From an uncultured bacterium (lineage in GTDB: Bacteria > Zixibacteria > MSB-5A5 > CAIYYT01), in contig CAVOPW010000014.1 of NCBI GenBank assembly GCA_963698225.1, positions 14,033 to 78,032 of the forward strand: a DNA stretch of 64,000 nt. The letters run 5' to 3'. This document shows, one piece after another, positions 23,597-33,685 of this stretch. The notes beneath the pieces are model-generated. The model was given only the letters and a program-made list of their open reading frames with translations, did not search any database and had not been told where the DNA came from. Numbering within the stretch: position 1 is the first letter of the stretch; every line of letters begins with the position of its first letter. A program made the position numbers and the translations under genes.

Positions 23597-24240
23597 CGAT
23601 GACAACCCGAACAATCCTGCGTGGGATTCAATTTCTTTTCTTCCTTCACCTGCTTGGCAAACGCTGCCTGGTCAGCTGGTGGCGTATAATTCATGTTCGT
23701 AACCTGATCGACAGGCCGCAGATGTGGATCGGGATTGCGATGGCAATCCAGACACCAAGACATGCTTAATGGCTGCACTTGCTGGACTTTTTCCATCTCC
23801 GCGATATTTCCATGGCAGCTGATACAGCCGATACCGGCATTGAGGTGCAACGAGTGGTTGAAGTAGGCATATTGTGGAAGCAAATGAACATTGACCCACT
23901 CAACCGGCTTGCCTGTCGCCCAACTCTCTCGCACCGCTATCATTTTCTCGCTCTGCGGAAGCACCAAAGTATGGCAATTCATGCACGTTTGTGTCGCCGG
24001 AACATTGGCGATGGCCGATCTTTCAATATTACTGTGACAATAGCGGCAATCCATCCCCAGGTCACCGGCGTGTAGCTTGTGACTAAATGGCACGGGCTGT
24101 GTCGGACGATAGCCGACATCAGTATATTTTGGCGATCCATAGTACCACAGAAAACCAGTCCCTCCGGCCCCCAATATGAGAACCGCCGCCAGAAGAATCG
24201 CGGGGAGCTTATTTGTCCACTGTGGAAATATCTGCGACAA
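23593..24240 (-). CDS. actA: Alternative Complex III subunit ActA (pentaheme cytochrome c)
   Basis: N-terminal anchor helix and five CxxCH motifs (CRYCH, CMNCH, CISCH, CLDCH, CSGCH). Confidence 0.92.
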   Translation of the reverse strand: MSQIFPQWTNKLPAILLAAVLILGAGGTGFLWYYGSPKYTDVGYRPTQPVPFSHKLHAGDLGMDCRYCHSNIERSAIANVPATQTCMNCHTLVLPQSEKMIAVRESWATGKPVEWVNVHLLPQYAYFNHSLHLNAGIGCISCHGNIAEMEKVQQVQPLSMSWCLDCHRNPDPHLRPVDQVTNMNYTPPADQAAFAKQVKEEKKLNPTQDCSGCHR

Positions 24241-24351
24241 AAAGAGTCCTCAAATAGTTACTTTTTTCACAAAGCTCTTGGCAATCCGAGCCACGCTAAA
24301 CATCGATATTGTTACGTGACATTCTCTATGTTTCGCAGCGTGTTGGCCGAG

Positions 24352-24380
24352 ATGATAAAAAAATACCCAATTGGTGTCAA
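24352..24380 (-). promoter_or_regulatory. sigma70-like promoter of the act operon
   Basis: On the minus strand: TTGACA (24380-24375), a 17-nt spacer, then TATCAT (24357-24352). It lies about 110 nt upstream of the actA atg. Confidence 0.5.
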
Positions 24381-24518
24381 GAAGATTTCGGTAGAATTTG
24401 CCGAACGCCACTGTTCTGATGCACCATAATTCCAACTTACTCGAATCATCACTCCACATTAGTCCTGGCGCAGCCGCTTGATTGTATGGAAACCGGATTC
24501 CCGGCTCCTGCTCCATAC

Positions 24519-25406
24519 CTACGCAACAAAGCTGTCGATCATCAAGGCTGCGCAGACCGCAAAGAGATAGACAATTGAATATCCAAATAGTCTCTTTATA
24601 TCGCTGATCTCCCGCGACCTTCGCGCCTGGTGGGTCCGCAACAGGAAAATTGCACCCAATGCGGCCGCGGCGACGGCATAGAGCCATCCGGCGCCGGCAG
24701 CTGTCGGCAAGAAACTTGCGGCAACCAGCGCGATGGAATAAGCGAGAATCTGATTGTGCGTTGCCGTGTCGCCTTTGAGTACCGGTAGCATCGGATACCC
24801 GACCTCGCGATAGTCGTCCTTGCAGAAAAGAGCCAACGCCCAGAAGTGCGGCGGCGTCCAAAGAAACACGATTAAGAATATCGACCATGGCATCAATGCC
24901 ATCGATCCAGTTGCTGCAGTCCAGGCACCGACCGGCGCCATCGCCCCCGCCGCACCACCGATAACGATATTCTGGTATGTATTGGGCTTCAGGTATAGCG
25001 TATAAAATAGGCTGTAGAAGAGAATCGTGCCGAGCGAAAGCAAAGCCGTCAAGGCGTTGAAAAAATACCAAAACGTGGCCACACCGACGATTCCGATGCT
25101 AATCGAGAAGATCAACGCGTTGATCGGACTGATAATCCCCTGCGGCAGCGGACGGCGTTTTGCAGTTCGCTTCATCCGGGCATCCACCTCGCGCTCGAAA
25201 TATTGGTTGAGCGCGTTCGCACAGCCGCCGGTCAGGTACAGGCCGGTCAAGACCAGCAGGAAGTTCAGAGGCTGGGAAAGGAAACTGCCTTCAATCACCA
25301 ATGCCGTCGCCCCGGTGATAAGCACCAGCAGCATGATTGTCGGTTTGGTAAGCTGGACATAGGCACGCATAATCGCCACGAGCCGGCTTGGGGTAGCAGC
25401 GGCCAT
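24519..25406 (-). CDS. ctaB: protoheme IX farnesyltransferase (heme O synthase, UbiA family)
   Basis: From ORF 24519..25583. I start it at MAAATPSRLVAIMRAYVQLTKPTIMLLVL (atg 25406), giving the usual length of about 296 aa. The start is uncertain and could be 25508. UbiA-type Asp-rich motif NQYFEREVDARM. Confidence 0.9.
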   Translation of the reverse strand: MAAATPSRLVAIMRAYVQLTKPTIMLLVLITGATALVIEGSFLSQPLNFLLVLTGLYLTGGCANALNQYFEREVDARMKRTAKRRPLPQGIISPINALIFSISIGIVGVATFWYFFNALTALLSLGTILFYSLFYTLYLKPNTYQNIVIGGAAGAMAPVGAWTAATGSMALMPWSIFLIVFLWTPPHFWALALFCKDDYREVGYPMLPVLKGDTATHNQILAYSIALVAASFLPTAAGAGWLYAVAAAALGAIFLLRTHQARRSREISDIKRLFGYSIVYLFAVCAALMIDSFVA

Positions 25407-25680
25407 CAATATCGGTTGACTTCGGCTTTTGGCGATTGAAGAGTCTGACAAGACTTTCGCGCTCCACTGCAAGAATTCAATATGGGACTGTGCCCGGCGA
25501 AACTTCATACTATACGAACTGGTTCCTGATTTCAAGCAATAATATTTCGCATTGTGGTAATTATGGATAAAAATTGTCGCCAAGGAATTTATTGGCTCAA
25601 CTTCAAGATTCAGATTGTAAAACTTCGCGTCGATAATTTAATTGGCTGGCAAATTCCACTCTGACATAAGGAGAATTGGG

Positions 25681-26291
25681 ATGCGCTCGAAAAGATTCTC
25701 ATTAGTAGTCGTTTGTGTATTGTGTCTTGTCCTGACAACGGCGGCGATCGCCGATATTGGCGTCAGGGGCGGGGCAGATTTATCCGCGCGGCGATTTCAA
25801 GGACTTTGCCAAGACCGGATGGTGCGCCGAAATCACCGCTGACATCAACATGTTCAGCGTTCCGTTTCTGTCAACGGTTTTGTGCTTCGGCGCCGCGGAT
25901 TTCGGCAAGAAAGAGTCGTCGTGGCAACCTGAAACTGTGGTCGTTACGCAAGAATCGAAAACCACGTTGACCGGCGGGGGAGTGGGCTTGCGAGCGGAAC
26001 CACCCTCAATGGCTCATCAGTCCTTTTGGGGAGGCGTTGATTCGACTCGCTTCAATCGAGCATGATTATGAAAGCGGACTCGGCGGCTCCGAACTCAAAT
26101 CGCGCACCAAACTGGGCTTTCAACTTAACGCCGGTCTGAAATTCACGCTCGCTCCTAAGATCGGACTCGAAGCCGGCGCCACTTGGATGACCTTCCCTAA
26201 CTGCAAATTCACCGACAAACAACAGGAAGTTGAAATTGACCTCCAAGTATTCGGCATCTTTGCCGGGCTTACCTTAGGAATTGGAATATGA
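25681..26291 (+). CDS. small outer-membrane beta-barrel protein (OmpW/OMP_b-brl-like), interrupted by two frameshifts
   Basis: Fragments from atg 25681 (within ORF 25642..25842), 25757..26065 and 26037..26291. Signal peptide MRSKRFSLVVVCVLCLVLTTAAIA. C-terminus ...FGIFAGLTLGIGI. Junctions lie at the gggg run near 25771 and near 26009. Confidence 0.7.
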
Positions 26292-27377
26292 TACTATTGT
26301 CTACGCAACGCATTACCCTTCGCCTGGTCGCATTCGTATTGATCGCCGGTACACTTTTGGTGTCCTGCGGCCGGAAAGACGAGCCACCCTCGCCGGCGCA
26401 GCAGATCGCTCCCCAGCCCTATGCGAGCCCAGCCGACGACGCTGCCGGCCGATACCGGTTCCGAGCAGGTCGCGGTAATGCCGCCGCGCTCGGACAGTTA
26501 TTACGTGCTGGATAACCGCTCGAACACGATCTATGGAATTGACCTTAACAACAACACCGTTTTCAGACGCCTGTCGCGGAGCACTCCGGTTGTCGCAATT
26601 CAATACGATGCCGAACGTGACTGGGTTTATGAAGCACTGGGCGAACCAGCGTCAGGACTCGATATTTTCGACGCCGCCCAGGAAAAGTACATTCAAAAAT
26701 TCCGTTTCCCGGGAGCGCCGTCTGGCTTGCTATATCACCCCATTCAACGAATGCTTTATGTTGTTTCGAAAGACTCGACCAATTTCCGGCGCTTTGATCC
26801 CGATTCAATGAAATTCACACTCGCCATCCCCATGGAATTACAGGAGCGGGCACCAATCGGACCGGTTTCGATAAGTCCCGGCCCTCTGGGCAAACTTATT
26901 ACCACCAACTCCGCTCATCCGTCAGTAACACAAATCTTTACCGAGCACAGTTTCATGCAACAGACTGTGGTAATTCACAATGCCAACCGTCTCGACAATG
27001 CGGTGTTTTCATTTGATGGGAATTCATCATTTAGTTGCGATACCAAACTGGGTGCGATTTTTCGGGTAGAATTTGGAACCGGCAAAGTGATGGCGGAGAA
27101 ATATAAAATAAACTCTCCGCGGCTGGTCCAGCTTGAAGTGCTGACGAATACATTGATTTACGTTGAAGGCAAAACCGAAGTTGTCATGATTAACCCGGAC
27201 ACCTTCCGCGAAACTGGGCGAGTAAGCCTCTCCGAGTACGGTGAGAACATCATCAGCCTGTCGATTCCTCCGAAGGCGAACTACGCCGAGCTGCTCTTGG
27301 ATTACAAGGGCGTAACGCGCTGGATGCGTTTCGACATCCAAAACTGGAAACCGATGAGAATCGTCGAACTCATTTAG
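26288..27377 (+). CDS. lipoprotein with beta-propeller-like repeats, interrupted by one frameshift
   Basis: Fragments 26288..26515 and 26421..27377. Lipobox LLVSCG. The body has repeated YV.D..SN.IY-like strands resembling YVTN-type propellers (resemblance only). Confidence 0.6.
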
Positions 27378-27551
27378 GGCAATTTTGCGGTAAAGAATCG
27401 AGTGAATTTCTTGTTCATACCATTCTCGCCCTGGAATTCTTAGGCGTTTTGCTCATTCTCGGCGCTTTGCCATTTAGATCGAATACGACTTCTGGCATGA
27501 CGGACCGGATTTTGTCTTGACCACACTCTTCAACTTAGATTAATTCCGACC

Positions 27552-28115
27552 ATGATCAGATTAGTTATAGGACTCGGCAATCCCGGCCCGGGGTATGCCT
27601 TAACCCGTCACAATCTTGGGTTTTTGGTTCTCGACCGAATTGTCGAAAAACGGAAAGGCAAATTTACCGAACAGAAGGCGGACTATCACCTGGCAACCCT
27701 GCGAATCGCCAGCGCTCATGTCAGATTCATTAAGCCAATGACATTTATGAACTTATCTGGCAGGGCCGTAAGGGCGGTGATGAGCACCCACGAAATCCTG
27801 CCATCCGAAGTTCTCGTCATCAGCGACGACTTCGCACTTCCCTTCGGCAAGCTGCGTTTGCGGCTGGCCGGTTCAGATGGAGGACACAACGGACTGGCCT
27901 CCGTAGTCGAATATCTTGGGACGGAAGACTTTCCGCGCTTGCGGTTGGGAATAGGCCCGATTCCGGAGCAAAAATCCGCTGAGGACTTCGTTCTCGAGAA
28001 GTTTTCCAAAGAAGAGCTTGACCAGCTCGGCAATTTCCTTAAGTTGGGTGTCGATTGTTTGGAGTCGGCTTTCTATGACGGCCTGACTCTGGCAATGAGC
28101 AAATATAATAAATAA
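27552..28115 (+). CDS. pth: peptidyl-tRNA hydrolase
   Basis: 187 aa. LVIGLGNPGPGYALTRHNLGF and GGHNGL motifs are diagnostic. Confidence 0.95.
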   Translation: MIRLVIGLGNPGPGYALTRHNLGFLVLDRIVEKRKGKFTEQKADYHLATLRIASAHVRFIKPMTFMNLSGRAVRAVMSTHEILPSEVLVISDDFALPFGKLRLRLAGSDGGHNGLASVVEYLGTEDFPRLRLGIGPIPEQKSAEDFVLEKFSKEELDQLGNFLKLGVDCLESAFYDGLTLAMSKYNK

Positions 28116-28196
28116 TCTACTCTACCCTGTTCCCAAGCCTGGCTTGGGGACCTATGGTTTTGGTTTCACAAACGTAGTCCGGAGGGAGGTCCAATC

Positions 28197-28607
28197 TTGA
28201 GACTCTACGAAACCACCTTTATTACCGATTCACAACTGCCCGAGATTGAAATTGAGGCAGAGATCAAACGCGTCGAGGACTTGATCAAGTCCAACGGCGG
28301 TGAGATCGTCGAAACCCAGCGTTGGGGTCTGCGTCGTCTGGCGTATGAGATCGAAAAGCGCCGCCAGGGTTACTATGCCCATTTCCTGTATCAGGCTTTG
28401 CCGGCGGTCCCGGCGCTGCTGGACGCTTCATTCAAGGTTAACGAGAAGATCATGCGTCACCTGACGGTGGTCTCCGAGATCAATCTGGAAGAACGCGCCC
28501 GTCAAATTGCCGAGGGAATCGCCCCTTATCGCGCTGTCCTTCCTGATGAACCGCGGTTCGGCGGGCATGGAAGACGCGATCGCAGATCTGAACAGGAGGA
28601 CAATTAG
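28197..28607 (+). CDS. rpsF: 30S ribosomal protein S6
   Basis: TTG start preceded by [18 protein letters not shown]...[10 protein letters not shown]...GYYAHFLY is classic bS6. It has an acidic/basic C-terminal tail. Confidence 0.93.
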   Translation: MRLYETTFITDSQLPEIEIEAEIKRVEDLIKSNGGEIVETQRWGLRRLAYEIEKRRQGYYAHFLYQALPAVPALLDASFKVNEKIMRHLTVVSEINLEERARQIAEGIAPYRAVLPDEPRFGGHGRRDRRSEQEDN

Positions 28608-28609
28608 CA

Positions 28610-28846
28610 ATGGCTGAAGGATTTGACAGAAAAAGACGCAAACCTTGTCGTCTGTGCGAAAATAAGATCATGATCATCGACTACAAGGACGAGAAGTTGC
28701 TGCGCCGGTTTATCCTCGAGCGTGGTAAGATTGTGCCGCGTCGCGTTACCGGCAATTGTGCCAAGCATCAGCGCCTGTTGACGACGGCGATCAAGCGCGC
28801 CCGTCATATCGCCTTGTTGCCGTTTACGGCGGAAACTTATCGGTAA
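28610..28846 (+). CDS. rpsR: 30S ribosomal protein S18
   Basis: 78 aa. [50 protein letters not shown]. It starts 2 nt after rpsF. Confidence 0.95.
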   Translation: MAEGFDRKRRKPCRLCENKIMIIDYKDEKLLRRFILERGKIVPRRVTGNCAKHQRLLTTAIKRARHIALLPFTAETYR

Positions 28847-28861
28847 GACGGAATCGGGCCG

Positions 28862-29779
28862 ATGACAGAATCGAACGGGCAGCGCTTCACGATTGCCTGT
28901 GCAAGTGCGGTAGCACTGGCTTTTCCGTTATCGATTCTGGTGCCGCTATTTGTTCCCTTTGTAGCGGTTGGTCTGGCAGCGCTTTACTACCTTTGGTTTG
29001 CCCGATCGCCAATTTGGTTGATAATCGCAACCGTATTGGCGATGGCGATCTTATGGTCGAGCGGCGACCCCGGACATCTGGCCTATTTCGCGATTGGATG
29101 GCTGGTACCAGGCATGATCCTTGCAATGACTCGAAGACACGGATGGGGTCTGACGGCGGCGTTGGCCGCGGCCTGCCTCATCCCGGTCGCAATAGTCGCG
29201 CTCTACCACGAGGCGCTGGCCCAGTTCATCATTGCGTTCGGGAGCCAATTGCAGAGTACGATCGCATCGCCGCAGTTTGCTTCACTCTATCCGCCGGACA
29301 GATACCAGGAAGCGGTGGAGATGGTGAACACCTGGTCCCGAAACGCGCCGTTCTATTTGCCGGGAGTACTGCTCTCCACGTTCGTTTTCATCTACGCGCT
29401 TGGAGCAATGCTGGGTGAAGCTCTACTGTCGCGTTCCGGGATATTCAGTTACCGCGTGCCTGCATTCTTCTTGTGGAAACTCGATGAGTGGATGGTGCTG
29501 GTGGTCGGTGTGGCTGTCGTCTTGGTGTTGACAACCGAACGTGTTTGCGAGCTTGTCGGCTGGAACGCTCTGGTCTTCCTGTTTATGGTTTTTTCGTTAT
29601 TCGGAGTATCGTTTATCGAGTATCATATGCGGGTTCGAAAATTTCCACTGCCGGTCAAGGTCGTCATTTATCTGGTGCTGTTCTTGACGCAGATCGTCGC
29701 GGCCGTGGTTCTGCCGCTGATCGCCTTGTTCGATGCGAAGTTTGATTTTCGCAAAATTCGGGCAAAACAGCTGGGTTAG
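28862..29779 (+). CDS. DUF2232 (YybS-like) polytopic membrane protein
   Basis: 305 aa with many helices. It sits between rpsR and rplI, as yybS does in other bacteria. Confidence 0.65.
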   Translation: MTESNGQRFTIACASAVALAFPLSILVPLFVPFVAVGLAALYYLWFARSPIWLIIATVLAMAILWSSGDPGHLAYFAIGWLVPGMILAMTRRHGWGLTAALAAACLIPVAIVALYHEALAQFIIAFGSQLQSTIASPQFASLYPPDRYQEAVEMVNTWSRNAPFYLPGVLLSTFVFIYALGAMLGEALLSRSGIFSYRVPAFFLWKLDEWMVLVVGVAVVLVLTTERVCELVGWNALVFLFMVFSLFGVSFIEYHMRVRKFPLPVKVVIYLVLFLTQIVAAVVLPLIALFDAKFDFRKIRAKQLG

Positions 29780-29815
29780 TACGTACATATTATTAGTAGT
29801 ATAGGAGTAGTTGAG

Positions 29816-30265
29816 ATGAAGATCATCCTGAGAGACGATATCGACACCCTCGGCAAGTGTGGTGACGTTATCGAGGTTAAGGCCGGATACGGCCGCAATT
29901 TCCTGTTCCCGCGCAATCTTGCCATTCCGGCAACCAAAGGGAATCTGCGCGCTATCAATGAACTCAAGCAGCAACAGGAAATGCGCATGGCCAAGGTTCG
30001 CCGCGTGGCGGAGACTATCAAATCGCGTATCGAGAAAGCCTCCTGCACCGCCGAGGTCTTGGTCGGTGAAGAAGACAAGGTGTTTGGCTCGGTAACTTCG
30101 CTGAATATCGCCGAGCTGCTCGCCGCGCAGGGCATCGAAGTTGACCGCAAGAAGATTCAGCTTGATGAACCGCTAAAAGCGCTCGGCGTCTATACGGTGC
30201 CGATCAAGATCGCTGCCGATGTTGTGGCAAACTTGAAAGTCTGGGTCGTCAAGAAGTCTGAATGA
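29816..30265 (+). CDS. rplI: 50S ribosomal protein L9
   Basis: 149 aa. MKIILRDDIDTLGKCGDVIEVKAGYGRNFLFPRNLA is classic bL9. Confidence 0.95.
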   Translation: MKIILRDDIDTLGKCGDVIEVKAGYGRNFLFPRNLAIPATKGNLRAINELKQQQEMRMAKVRRVAETIKSRIEKASCTAEVLVGEEDKVFGSVTSLNIAELLAAQGIEVDRKKIQLDEPLKALGVYTVPIKIAADVVANLKVWVVKKSE

Positions 30266-30756
30266 CAACCGCAATGATCCGGGCAAAAATCCACGGACTG
30301 GCACTCGATATCGCCTCCAAATCACCGGTCGTGATTTTGGAGGCCGAAGACTCAGATCGCGTCTTGCCGATCTGGATCGGCCATTTCGAAGCGTGGGCCA
30401 TTGCCATGGAACTATCGCAGCTTAAATCGAAGCGCCCGCTAAGCCACGATCTCATGGCGATCATTATCGGAGAACTGGCGGGAACTCTCGTCAAGGTTGA
30501 GATCACCGAATTGCGCGAACAAACGTTTTATGCGCGCATCTCAATTGAGACCGGCAACGGAATGAAAGAGATTGACGCCCGGCCGTCCGATTCGATCGCT
30601 TTGGCATTGAAAACCGATGCGCCAATCTACGTCAATGCCGAGTTGTTCAATATCAAAAAAGAAGAAGGACTGCCGGAGAAGATCAATGATCCGCAGTCGC
30701 TCAAAGAGCGGCTGCGTAACATTAATCCAGAGGATTTCGGCAAGTATTCTCTTTAA
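30262..30756 (+). CDS. bifunctional nuclease family protein (DUF151/BFN)
   Basis: 164 aa. PVVILEAEDSDRVLPIWIGHFEAWAIAMEL...RPLSHDLM...ARPSDSIALAL matches the BFN fold family. The ATGA overlap with rplI suggests translational coupling. Confidence 0.8.
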   Translation: MTTAMIRAKIHGLALDIASKSPVVILEAEDSDRVLPIWIGHFEAWAIAMELSQLKSKRPLSHDLMAIIIGELAGTLVKVEITELREQTFYARISIETGNGMKEIDARPSDSIALALKTDAPIYVNAELFNIKKEEGLPEKINDPQSLKERLRNINPEDFGKYSL

Positions 30757-30860
30757 CCAATCGCACGACGGCGAGAAAAATCTCGCTCGGGTTCCCTGTT
30801 TGAGCCGGCAACATCGGCCGCGACGCGGAACCCCGTCCTTTTTGGGGAGAATGGTCAGTA

Positions 30861-31163
30861 GTGGCAACGGCAGCAAAACAGGCTAACCGGCAGGTCATTG
30901 CCGCGCTTTCGGGCGGACTTGATTCTTCGTTTCTCCTCCAGGCGGCTAAGAGAGGTGTCGACGTCGAGAGGACGTCGGCCGCGATCGATGTTGCGCTCTC
31001 GCCGGCGCAGGCCGGACTAAGTACCCCAAAGCTCTCGCGGGTGGCCGCAGAACCGGTACGCCGCGGATTGTCGGAATTTGCGATTTCTGTTCGCGACGAT
31101 CGAACCGGGCAAATTCAAATCAGGAAGCATGAAAATATGGTGAAAGGCGAGACAAATGAGTGA
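30861..31163 (+). CDS. hypothetical protein (weak call)
   Basis: 100-aa ORF with a GTG start and only a modest SD (ggggaga). Ala-rich, no recognisable motif. It overlaps the next gene by 8 nt. Confidence 0.35.
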   Translation: MATAAKQANRQVIAALSGGLDSSFLLQAAKRGVDVERTSAAIDVALSPAQAGLSTPKLSRVAAEPVRRGLSEFAISVRDDRTGQIQIRKHENMVKGETNE

Positions 31164-31383
31164 CAGCGAATCGGTGAAACCGAACATCGCCATGCGCATG
31201 GTTGTTGACGGCAAGGAGCATTTTATCACCTTCGATGAATTGACCTTGAGCAACAACCTGGCGCAGGAAGCGCTGGTTAGCTTGTTGATCAGAAAGAAGA
31301 TCATCGACGGGCAGGAACTGCTCGACGAAATCTCCCGCATCCGGCAAGAACGTTACAAAACCGAACCGGAAAAGCGGCCCTAA
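31156..31383 (+). CDS. small soluble hypothetical protein
   Basis: 75 aa with protein-like amphipathic composition (…LAQEALVSLLIRKKIIDGQELLDEISRIRQERY…). It is packed in the operon. Confidence 0.5.
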   Translation: MSDSESVKPNIAMRMVVDGKEHFITFDELTLSNNLAQEALVSLLIRKKIIDGQELLDEISRIRQERYKTEPEKRP

Positions 31384-31392
31384 GCTGGCGAC

Positions 31393-31884
31393 ATGAGTGA
31401 AGCAACCGACAAGAATGCAATGGCTGGCGTCGAACCCGCCACAGCTCCGCAGGAGAATGTGCTGTTGCGCTGGGAAAGCCAGCCCGCCAAAGCGCGGCCC
31501 CGCACGGCGATTGCCGTCGCCCTGTTCTTGCTGCTGCTGGTTGTGATCGTCTACTTGCTTACGTTTTCCCCGCTGTTCACGGTTGCTGGAGCGTTGATTC
31601 TGTGGGGATCGCTTTCGCAATTCTTCCTGAAAACAACCTTCGAGTTCGGCGACAAAATGATCCGGGTAAAATATCTGATTAACAAGGTCGAAAAGGACTG
31701 GTCGCAATACCGGACATACTACGAGGACAAGAATGGCGTCCTGCTCTCTCCTTTTGTCCGGACATCGCGGCTGGAAAATTTCCGCGGAATCTATATTCGC
31801 TTCGCCGGCAACCGCGATGACGTAATGAAAGTAGTCCAGGCGAAGATTAACATGCCGGAGGATCCGACCGATGTTTCCCCTTAG
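31393..31884 (+). CDS. two-helix membrane protein with a C-terminal bacterial-PH-like soluble domain (resemblance only)
   Basis: 163 aa. Helices AIAVALFLLLLVVIVYLLTF and LFTVAGALILWGSLSQFFL are followed by a soluble part of about 90 aa. Confidence 0.55.
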   Translation: MSEATDKNAMAGVEPATAPQENVLLRWESQPAKARPRTAIAVALFLLLLVVIVYLLTFSPLFTVAGALILWGSLSQFFLKTTFEFGDKMIRVKYLINKVEKDWSQYRTYYEDKNGVLLSPFVRTSRLENFRGIYIRFAGNRDDVMKVVQAKINMPEDPTDVSP

Positions 31885-32359
31885 TTCCGGAAGCGACAAT
31901 ACCGCCAAGGTCGAGTACACCGAGGACGAACGCGCGCTGCTCGACAAGGTTGCCAAAAAAGTCATTGAGTGGAAAATGGCGGTTCCGGCGATCATGACGC
32001 TGGAGTCGGTGAAGCCGCTGAACTTCATCGGCGCCCAGGCCATGATCTTCTTTGAACCGATCGTCCAGACTCTGCTGAATCTCAAGGATTACGATACGTT
32101 TCGCGGTATGCTCGAACGCCGTGAGAGCGTTGAAATGTTGCTGTTGCGCATTGAGTATTTCGATGCCATTGCTTCGCGTAAAGACAAGCTGTTCAAGAAA
32201 CTCCAGAAAGAGTATCTGAAATCACAATCATGGGGATACCGTCTCAAGTCATCGATGCTGGGTTTCCGCGTGCCAAAACATCTTGAAGCCGAGTGGAAAG
32301 CCAAGTTGGATGCCATTGATGCCCAGGCGGAAGCGGCCGAAACTCCCAAAGGGCAATAG
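31871..32359 (+). CDS. hypothetical protein
   Basis: 162 aa. It overlaps the upstream gene by 14 nt, and its TAG stop shares one base with the GTG start of the downstream reductase (TAGTG). Has a hydrophobic segment AVPAIMTLESVKPLNFIGAQAMIFF. Confidence 0.55.
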   Translation: MFPLSSGSDNTAKVEYTEDERALLDKVAKKVIEWKMAVPAIMTLESVKPLNFIGAQAMIFFEPIVQTLLNLKDYDTFRGMLERRESVEMLLLRIEYFDAIASRKDKLFKKLQKEYLKSQSWGYRLKSSMLGFRVPKHLEAEWKAKLDAIDAQAEAAETPKGQ

Positions 32360-33526
32360 TGAACACCACTCACGCGACGGTAACAGCCACCGAGAAGTAC
32401 GCCCGCCGGTTTCCGGAGGTGGCTTTCAATCGGCTCGCCGATACCGGCCTGCAAGTCAGTCCCATCGGCTTTGGATCCTACCGCATCGACACAAGTTTCC
32501 CCGAGCATCGTGAAGCACTCCGCCACGCACTGACTTCCGGCGTCAACCTCGTCGATACCAGCACCAATTACACGGACGGCGGCTCGGAGTTGCTGATCGG
32601 AAGTGTAATAGAAGATATCGAGAAGGAGGGCACTATTGGCCGTGATCAGTTGGTGATCGTATCCAAGGTAGGGTACTTGCAGGGGTGGGTCTACCGACTT
32701 AGCCAGAATCTCAAGAAGGATAATCGCGGTTATCCCGATCTGGTGGAGTATGCCGTCGGACTCGAGCACTGCATTCACCCGGCCTTTATCGAGGATCAAC
32801 TGACCGCCTCGTTGAGTCGACTCAACTGCGGTTCAATCGACGTCTATCTCCTGCATAATCCTGAATACTATCTCGGCTGGGCGAAACGAATCAACCTCGA
32901 TGTCCGGAGCGCGGGCGAAGAATATTATCGCCGTATCCGACTCGCCTTCGAACACTTGGAGTTGGAATGCGGGCGCGGACGAATCCGCTGTTATGGAATC
33001 AGCTCGAATACTTTCCCCGAACCGGCGGAAGAATATGATTTCACTTCTTTGGAGCGGGTGATCACCATCGCCAACGAAATCTCGCCACTGCACCGCTTCA
33101 AGGTCGTCCAACTCCCGTTCAATATGATCGAAAACGGCTGCGCGATCAATGGGTCGCAGACCGGCTCGTTAACAGTGCTTGAGCTCGCCCGCCGGCACAA
33201 CATTGCGCTCCTGGCTAATCGTCCGTTAAATGCCATCTACCGCAACGGATTAGTACGCCTTTCGGACGACAATCCCCGGAGCGGGCCGATGAAGCAGATG
33301 GTGCAGTCGGTGGACGCCGATTGGGGAACAGCACACACATTGAGCCAAATGGCAATTCGCTGCTTGCGCAGTTCATTGGGAGTCACTTCCGTGCTCGTCG
33401 GAATGAGGCAGAAGCTCGTATGTCGATGACATGCTCTCAGAGCTGCGATCCGAGTGCAGGATCGATGACCGGAAAGAATCCTGGCAGGCATTGAACAGCC
33501 GCCTGCAAGACTCTCCCGCATCCTAA
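32359..33526 (+). CDS. aldo/keto reductase family oxidoreductase, interrupted by one frameshift near the 3' end
   Basis: ORF 32359..33429 (GTG start) has the AKR signature GFGSYRI...ALRHALTSGVNLVDTSTNYTDGGSE. After ...VLVGMRQK the frame offset by 1 continues as YVDDMLSELRSECRIDDRKESWQALNSRLQDSPAS to taa 33524-33526. Junction at 33407-33426. Confidence 0.85.
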
Positions 33527-33685
33527 GTCCAGGAAGGCGAAAATGCCCCGGCGAAACAAATCGATCAAATATCTCGCTGCAAAATAATAGCCGGAATCGG
33601 TTGGGCAACCGACTCCGGCTTCACTGATTAACCACCCTCTACGGAAATTGTCGCAGGCTGAAGCCTGTTGGTCGCGACAAATTTA

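Noticed and set aside
24250-25071. 273-aa ORF on the minus strand overlapping ctaB in another frame
   Set aside because: The ctaB frame carries the UbiA-family motifs and helices. This overlapping frame has none and extends into the act/ctaB intergenic region.
31120-32085. 321-aa ORF on the minus strand
   Set aside because: It is antisense to four compact plus-strand genes that have SDs, overlapping start/stops and protein-like sequences with transmembrane helices. The minus-strand translation is Arg/Ser/Leu/Gln-rich with no motif, which is typical of a shadow ORF in GC-rich DNA.
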